Part shown: one piece after another, positions 58,563 through 64,000 of the stretch
Numbering within the stretch: position 1 is the first letter of the stretch
Layout of the letters: each line of letters opens with the position of its first letter
Source: a virus
Virus record (IMG/VR): IMGVR_UViG_3300030521_000002
Coordinates: 1-64,000 of that record
DNA: 64,000 nucleotides
Strand: one strand, 5' to 3'
Notes under the pieces: generated by a model
Told to the model about the DNA's origin: nothing
What the model saw: only the letters and a program-made list of their open reading frames with translations
Database searches by the model: none
Made by a program: the position numbers and the translations under genes

Positions 58563-61500
58563 TTAGAGGCTCGTTACGCTTTCCCAAACAGTTCCAGTAA
58601 ATACGCAAAGCTTATGAAGAGTACTGTCGTAAACCACTAAACCTTCTGGTGGGGTACTGATAGCATTTTTTTGCGTGGTTGTTACTCGTGGTGGTAAAAA
58701 TCCCTTGGTAGTCGAATCTAATTGCAGAAGCGCGACGGCGTTTGGGCCAGTGGTTCCAATCCCAACATTCCCCGTAGACGCCTGCACAGTCATTCGGTCA
58801 GTTGAATTAGGCGCAAATGTTATGTTCTCTGTACTAGCGTTGGTAAGAAATGCCAAGCCGTTAGGAGACCCAATCGAGAAAAAGTAAGCTCTCCCATTCC
58901 ACTGAGTACCAATGCCACTATTGGAAGCACAGGCAAAGGTAACCCGGCGTGAGTCACTAAACCCAAAATCCATCCCAGCTTGCTCACCACTGCCAGTTGG
59001 ATTGTTGGCATTTCTAACATTGACCTGTAGACCGCCACCTGTACCGTCAACATGGAGGACATTGCTAGAGTAGTAAAAACTGGCTGACTCGCCCCAAGTG
59101 TTTGTTGAGGTAGCGTATGGGATGTAGGTAGCTGTCGCTGAATTCGGTAACTTGAGTGTGCTCCAGAGTGGGGCAGTCGTTACGCCACCGCTGCGAAGGT
59201 AAGAACCCACGGCAACATCAGCAAGCTTGGCAAGTGTATTAGCCGCACTGGCATAGATTAAATCACCAACGGCGTAGCTGGAAGGGGGTGTAGTAGCAGC
59301 CCATAAATCTAGATCAGCATCATATGCCTGAACATTCGTCCCAATAACTAGCCCCAAAGTAGTTCTTACCTGAGCAGGCGTGCGACTCGCCCAAGCGCTA
59401 GAAACGGAGACTATGAAGTTATCGGTAGTGGCTGTCAGGCCGGCAAGCGTTGTAAGATCACTGTCTAATGGCTGATAGGTAGAAGCAGCACTAGCTACTG
59501 AAAGGAAGTCAGCGTCCGTACAAGCAGTATTAAATTGAGCTAAGGTGCCTGTAATTCCTACAATGCCGGTTTGATCGCCGGTGTTGGTGCCGCTGATACT
59601 TGCCGTAGCTCCAACTGTCAGTGTAAATCCACCGGTGGCTAATGTTCCGTTACCGGTAATAACCCCAACAAGACTGAGAGCAGTTTTTTGCGCAGCTGCA
59701 TCGGAGTCAGCGAGGCGTGCTAAGCCAAAGGTGCTTGGAGTGGTGCCGAAGATTGGCGATTTAGTGATCGTGCCACTGGTTTTTGCGGGATCGTACTTTA
59801 CAACAGCACTGACATTCAACGAACCTCCACTCTGCACTAAGTCGTTTTTTCCGAGCGGTGTTGAAATCGCCCCAGACATGAGATTCAGTGTTCCGCCTGA
59901 TACCGAAACGGCATCGTTCGTTAGTGCGGACAAGCTGAGCGTCGTGAGAAAATGCGTTCCGCTAGAACAAGAAACAACTGGCATCGCTCCGCCCAAATCC
60001 TCGAAGTGATCAATGTCAAGATGCGTTGTTGGAGATCCGCCGCCAAGCAGCAAAAGGGGAGAGTCTTCAGTATTCCCTGTAATCTTCTGAATCGTCAGCC
60101 ATGCCTCCAGGTTGTTGCTCCCAAATTGGTTTCTGATCTGAACCACAGGGCCGCTTGACGCAATCGACTCGACCTTATCAGCCTTCAAATAGGCTTTAGT
60201 TGCGCCAGAAGTTCCGTAAATACTAATTCCCGTTCCCTCTGATCCGCCGACAATATATTTTGCTTCAATCCAAGCACGGCAGACACCGGTACCACCAACA
60301 CTAACCGCATCTCCATTTGCAGAGCTGACCTCGTCGGCGTTTACCCAGATAAAGCCACTTTCACTACTGGATGTTCCAACCGCATATAAACCAATTCCAC
60401 GGACGATAATCCGCTGGCATGAAATAAACATGGGGCCACGTTCCCAATAAACCCCCCAATCACCAGTTGATAAGTTCGTCAGTATCTCTTGACATTCGAA
60501 GATCGTATCACCTTCTTTTTGGAAGATGGCGCCTGAATTCGCGGAGTACATGCTGCGGCAATTGCACCTGATTACCGTGCTTGAATTCTCGATTCTGAAA
60601 ACTTGACCGCCGTGATTCAAAAGGCCAGATGCACTTCCCTCATTGCTTAGTTTTCCAAATCCGCCAATCTTGAACGAGATTGCGCTGCCGGCATCATCAA
60701 ATAATGCTGTGGTAAGGCTAGTGCCAGTTCGCTTAATCTCGGCATTTGATGACAGCCACCAGTCGATACCATTCTTCGCTAGGTTGGAGTCCACAACTTC
60801 AGCGATGGAATTCAGGTAAATTATGTCGCCGGATGCGGCAGCATTCTTAGCCGAAATTAACACTGTCCCCCTTGCTGTGTCTGTATCCGCAGCTGCGTCG
60901 TAGGCGGTAGAGGTGCCGTCTTTGTGAACGACCACACATGTAGCCGAGGGATAAGCGGCAAGGGTTGTGCGCGCTGCTGCTGCGTCGGCATCGTCAACTA
61001 GCGTGCGACCAAAAGCCGAAAAGTCCGCTAAAGCAGCAGTTCCACTTCCCGTGAAATAAGGGAGTTTATTTGCTGCTGAAGTTAGTCCGCCGAGTGCTGA
61101 GAGTTCAGCGTCTAACGGCTGGAATCCTGCCGCAACATAAGCACTGACCGCTTGGACGCTAGGGTAGAGCGTGTTGTTGAGCGTAACGAATGAGGTTGCC
61201 TTGTTGGCAACATTCTCTGGAACATAGCTGTAGGTAGCAGGAATAAGTGCCCAATTACCAGCCGTTTGTCCTGGTGTATCAGCGATAGCTCGAATTGAAC
61301 TGCCGATAGTAACGCCAACTCCTCCCAATGTTCCAGCAACGCTGATAAACCACAAATCACCTTTGAGGATTGCTCCACTTGTCCCGCTCCCACCGGATGC
61401 TGGAAATGTATTCACCGAAGCATCGTAGCTACCACGATCATCGAGCAATCCCACCACTAGACTATCGGCGTACGTATGAACAAAGGCAGTCGTGGCTAAC

Positions 61501-61886
61501 TTGGTGGAACTATCCGAGGATGTAAGAGTCGGGGCTGCTGGAGTTCCGGTAAACGTAGGAGAGGCTAGGTTGGCTTTGAGATCAAGGGCGGTTTGTTGGG
61601 CTGTACTGACAGGCTTTCCAACATCCGAAGTATTATCGGCGCTGCCTAATCCCACTTGTGTCTTAGTAACGCTGTGTGGATTCGAGGTGTTACCAGTATG
61701 GGTTGCAAGTGCCGTGGAAGCATTGGAGGCCACTAGGGCGTCAGCTGTAGCTTGGGCAGTACTGACGGGTTTGGAAGAATCCGCCACATTGTCTACATTT
61801 CCTAGACCTACGTCACCCTTGTTGAGAGTTACGTCATCGGTCTTGCCAGCAACACTTGTTACCGGAGGATAGTTACCAACACCCAT
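58563..61886 (-). CDS. tail fibre / receptor-binding protein
   Basis: repeats [15 protein letters not shown]; [14 protein letters not shown]; LATTAFV; central beta-helix-like segment; GNVGIGTT. Confidence 0.8.
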   Translation of the reverse strand: MGVGNYPPVTSVAGKTDDVTLNKGDVGLGNVDNVADSSKPVSTAQATADALVASNASTALATHTGNTSNPHSVTKTQVGLGSADNTSDVGKPVSTAQQTALDLKANLASPTFTGTPAAPTLTSSDSSTKLATTAFVHTYADSLVVGLLDDRGSYDASVNTFPASGGSGTSGAILKGDLWFISVAGTLGGVGVTIGSSIRAIADTPGQTAGNWALIPATYSYVPENVANKATSFVTLNNTLYPSVQAVSAYVAAGFQPLDAELSALGGLTSAANKLPYFTGSGTAALADFSAFGRTLVDDADAAAARTTLAAYPSATCVVVHKDGTSTAYDAAADTDTARGTVLISAKNAAASGDIIYLNSIAEVVDSNLAKNGIDWWLSSNAEIKRTGTSLTTALFDDAGSAISFKIGGFGKLSNEGSASGLLNHGGQVFRIENSSTVIRCNCRSMYSANSGAIFQKEGDTIFECQEILTNLSTGDWGVYWERGPMFISCQRIIVRGIGLYAVGTSSSESGFIWVNADEVSSANGDAVSVGGTGVCRAWIEAKYIVGGSEGTGISIYGTSGATKAYLKADKVESIASSGPVVQIRNQFGSNNLEAWLTIQKITGNTEDSPLLLLGGGSPTTHLDIDHFEDLGGAMPVVSCSSGTHFLTTLSLSALTNDAVSVSGGTLNLMSGAISTPLGKNDLVQSGGSLNVSAVVKYDPAKTSGTITKSPIFGTTPSTFGLARLADSDAAAQKTALSLVGVITGNGTLATGGFTLTVGATASISGTNTGDQTGIVGITGTLAQFNTACTDADFLSVASAASTYQPLDSDLTTLAGLTATTDNFIVSVSSAWASRTPAQVRTTLGLVIGTNVQAYDADLDLWAATTPPSSYAVGDLIYASAANTLAKLADVAVGSYLRSGGVTTAPLWSTLKLPNSATATYIPYATSTNTWGESASFYYSSNVLHVDGTGGGLQVNVRNANNPTGSGEQAGMDFGFSDSRRVTFACASNSGIGTQWNGRAYFFSIGSPNGLAFLTNASTENITFAPNSTDRMTVQASTGNVGIGTTGPNAVALLQLDSTTKGFLPPRVTTTQKNAISTPPEGLVVYDSTLHKLCVFTGTVWESVTSL

Positions 61887-61967
61887 TACTTATTCCTTAT
61901 TAAAACCACTGGCCCCTTGATAGAAGCCAGTGGCCCCCAACGAGGCGGAACCCACCGAAGCTCCCGC

Positions 61968-62444
61968 CTATTTCTTACCTTCAAACGCGGTTGTTTTATT
62001 AACCTCAGCAACAAGACTCTCCAAATCAACAGGTTCTTCTTTGGCTACTGCTACCGCAATCAGCAAACATACACCTTGAAACAACCCATTTGGGATACAA
62101 ACTTGCTTAAGGATTTGATCCCCATATCGCCTCTCGATTTCCAAAGCGAGTTCTCGATCTGATAGTTGCCTACCGATCCTTTGGTAAAACCTGCGTAACT
62201 CATTCGATAATTCCTTCATCCATAATTTGGCATCGTTTGAAATTTCTACGGGCGAGTTCAGGGTTGCAATTCCCTTTTGGATCGCTTCGGAAACTGCCCT
62301 CCGCATCAGGAAGTCCCACATCGTCTCTACCCGCACCTCCATCCGACTAAACTTGGCTATAACAAAGGTGAGCATCCCACCAACGGAGATAAATGTTCCC
62401 AAGATCGTACAAACAATTGCAATTTGTTCTCCAGTCAACGTCAA
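61968..62444 (-). CDS. membrane-anchored protein (possible lysis module)
   Basis: N-terminal TM helix. Confidence 0.45.
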   Translation of the reverse strand: MTLTGEQIAIVCTILGTFISVGGMLTFVIAKFSRMEVRVETMWDFLMRRAVSEAIQKGIATLNSPVEISNDAKLWMKELSNELRRFYQRIGRQLSDRELALEIERRYGDQILKQVCIPNGLFQGVCLLIAVAVAKEEPVDLESLVAEVNKTTAFEGKK

Positions 62445-62884
62445 TTCTTTACCCGCCTTACAACTGCTAACACATGCACCCCTGTTTTAGGAATAACCAT
62501 TGGTGCTAATTTGATTTGGATTTGAAAGTTGGTCCCATTCCGATGGAGCCCTTCTAGGACTTGCCCGGTTCCCATCTCCCGAGTTCCAGGGGCATTAAAG
62601 AACCCTGTTCGATGGTCAATATGTTTTTCTCGAAGCTGATTAGGAATCAACATCTCAATCTCTTGTCCCAACACTTCCTGTCGATCGTAACCAAACATTA
62701 GTTCAGCTTGTACATTAAAGACAATTACTCTGCCATCTTCATTGATGACAATCTTAGCATCCGGCGAAGCTTCCACGATCTTGAGATAGATCGCCTCTAC
62801 CTGCCCTAAATCACAAATAGGTTCCCTATGAGTAATCTCTGGCTCAAGGGTCGTTTCCCCTGATTGATTGTCAGTTTCTGTCAT
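62441..62884 (-). CDS. stand-alone PAS domain protein (FixL-like)
   Basis: EASPDAKIVINEDGRVIVFNVQAELMFGY..EVLGQ..MLIP...REKH...MGTG..LEGLHRNGTNF. Confidence 0.88.
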   Translation of the reverse strand: MTETDNQSGETTLEPEITHREPICDLGQVEAIYLKIVEASPDAKIVINEDGRVIVFNVQAELMFGYDRQEVLGQEIEMLIPNQLREKHIDHRTGFFNAPGTREMGTGQVLEGLHRNGTNFQIQIKLAPMVIPKTGVHVLAVVRRVKN

Positions 62885-62908
62885 GCTTTACTCGTCTCTA
62901 TCTGTTGT

Positions 62909-63058
62909 CTATTTTCCTAACAACAAAAACACCCCAGCAGCAATCGCCAAGCAACCGACGATTACCCCAGCAAAGGCTACGGTAATGTTGGTTACGGCAA
63001 GGATACCTACCAGGATCAAGTACAAGCAAAGCAGAATCATTCCAATTGACTTAGCCAT
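62909..63058 (-). CDS. 49-aa two-TM membrane protein (not in ORF track; possible holin)
   Basis: translated by hand: MAKSIGMILLCLYLILVGILAVTNITVAFAGVIVGCLAIAAGVFLLLGK*. Confidence 0.6.
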   Translation of the reverse strand: MAKSIGMILLCLYLILVGILAVTNITVAFAGVIVGCLAIAAGVFLLLGK

Positions 63059-63073
63059 CTGACACCAGCTTTC

Positions 63074-64000
63074 TTAATCGTCGTTGGTGATAGTTCCATT
63101 ACCGATTGCATTCCCTAACTGCCCATTGACGGGGTTGGTGAGAACAAGGGTAAATGTTTCATTGGTTTCGTTCGTCGTGTCACCAATAGCCAAGACATTT
63201 ACCGTCTTGCTAGTTTGCCCAGCAGCAAAAGTTACGTCCCCACTGGTTGCTACATAATCTCCACCCGTAGCTGTTCCGTTAGCCGTGGCATAATGCACAA
63301 CCACTTGTTGTGTGGAAGGGGCCGAGAGGGTAATCGCAAAGGCTAGTTGACCGGCTGGGGTGGTTCCTGAGCTACCTCCACTTAGGGCAGGCAATGGAAC
63401 AGGACTTAGCAGATTCTTGGTTGAGCTGGAAATCTGCGTATTGTTATCAAGCGGCCACCAGGACCAATCGACGTCGTTGGTGTCCATGTAGCTCACGAGC
63501 GCGTTGAGCCATTGACCGGACTTGCCCGAGGTATTGAGCGTGCCGAATTCACCAACCCAAATCGGTGCGATGTTCTGCTTTTCCAAGTAGCCCCACATCT
63601 TGTCCCAATAGGCAGGCATGTTGTTGGGGAACGCCGACGAATTGAAGGGACCAATGGCAAACTCGTCCGGCCCGTAATCATGGGGACTATAAACAAGTCG
63701 ATTAGCGATGTTGAGCACAATTGGATTATTCCCAGCTTGGGTTAGGTCACCGCCCCACCAGCTATCTTGGACTGACCCTACCCCTTCTACAATGATCAGC
63801 CAATTTGGGGCTTGGGCTAGTACAGCATTACCGGCCTTTTGAGCAGCGGTCTTCCAACTCGACCAGGAGGCTTGGCCATGAGGTTCGTTATGCAAGTCAG
63901 CCCCGATTACGGCAGGTGAGTTTTTGTACCTTGCTGCTAACATTGACCAATCATTGACCCAACCCTGCTCGGTGTAAGAACCGTCGTACCACAACCCTGA
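63074..64000 (-). CDS. GH5 endoglucanase-like glycoside hydrolase + Calx-beta domain (5' end beyond window)
   Basis: DLHNEPH acid/base, YSPHDY, WVGEFG nucleophile; C-terminal YATANGTA..DY...GDTTNETNETF. Confidence 0.88.
   Translation of the reverse strand, partial: SGLWYDGSYTEQGWVNDWSMLAARYKNSPAVIGADLHNEPHGQASWSSWKTAAQKAGNAVLAQAPNWLIIVEGVGSVQDSWWGGDLTQAGNNPIVLNIANRLVYSPHDYGPDEFAIGPFNSSAFPNNMPAYWDKMWGYLEKQNIAPIWVGEFGTLNTSGKSGQWLNALVSYMDTNDVDWSWWPLDNNTQISSSTKNLLSPVPLPALSGGSSGTTPAGQLAFAITLSAPSTQQVVVHYATANGTATGGDYVATSGDVTFAAGQTSKTVNVLAIGDTTNETNETFTLVLTNPVNGQLGNAIGNGTITNDD

Noticed and set aside
61600-61830. nucleotide repeat array or DGR-type repeats in the tail fibre gene
   Set aside because: only two degenerate protein-level repeats typical of fibres; no reverse transcriptase gene in the window
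1-64000. stop-codon reassignment, integrase or att site
   Set aside because: conserved genes are full length in the standard code and all three stops are used; no recombinase gene was recognised in the window

Overview
Window from a large tailed dsDNA bacteriophage (siphovirus-like). The host is probably a planctomycete, inferred only weakly from the CsrA sequence style and the Cys-rich tail-region genes. Most genes lie on the - strand. From left to right: head/packaging module (MuF-like head morphogenesis protein with an inserted 2H phosphoesterase, a shortened capsid-like paralogue, a DUF1073-type portal, TerL, TerS); replication genes (MCM-like ATPase, J-domain protein, primase, family A DNA polymerase, SSB-like, Sak4/AAA_24, PD-(D/E)xK nuclease, UDG, RuvC-like); two + strand islands (19.6-21.9 kb and 35.9-43.2 kb); a glycosyltransferase/methyltransferase/radical SAM module; tail genes; a stand-alone PAS gene; and a GH5 glycosidase cut by the window edge. 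The most striking observations are: (1) an N-terminal peptide tag, MPKPI, shared by many unrelated non-virion proteins and encoded with varying synonymous codons; (2) an HNH endonuclease gene nested in another frame inside a polA gene whose frame stays open, with no room for an intron and no intein motifs; (3) an SF1 helicase split into two ORFs by a GIY-YIG insertion; (4) an Acb1-like domain inside a virion head protein; (5) a tRNA-scaffolded ~230-nt RNA. All calls come from motif reading by eye; no database searches were run.
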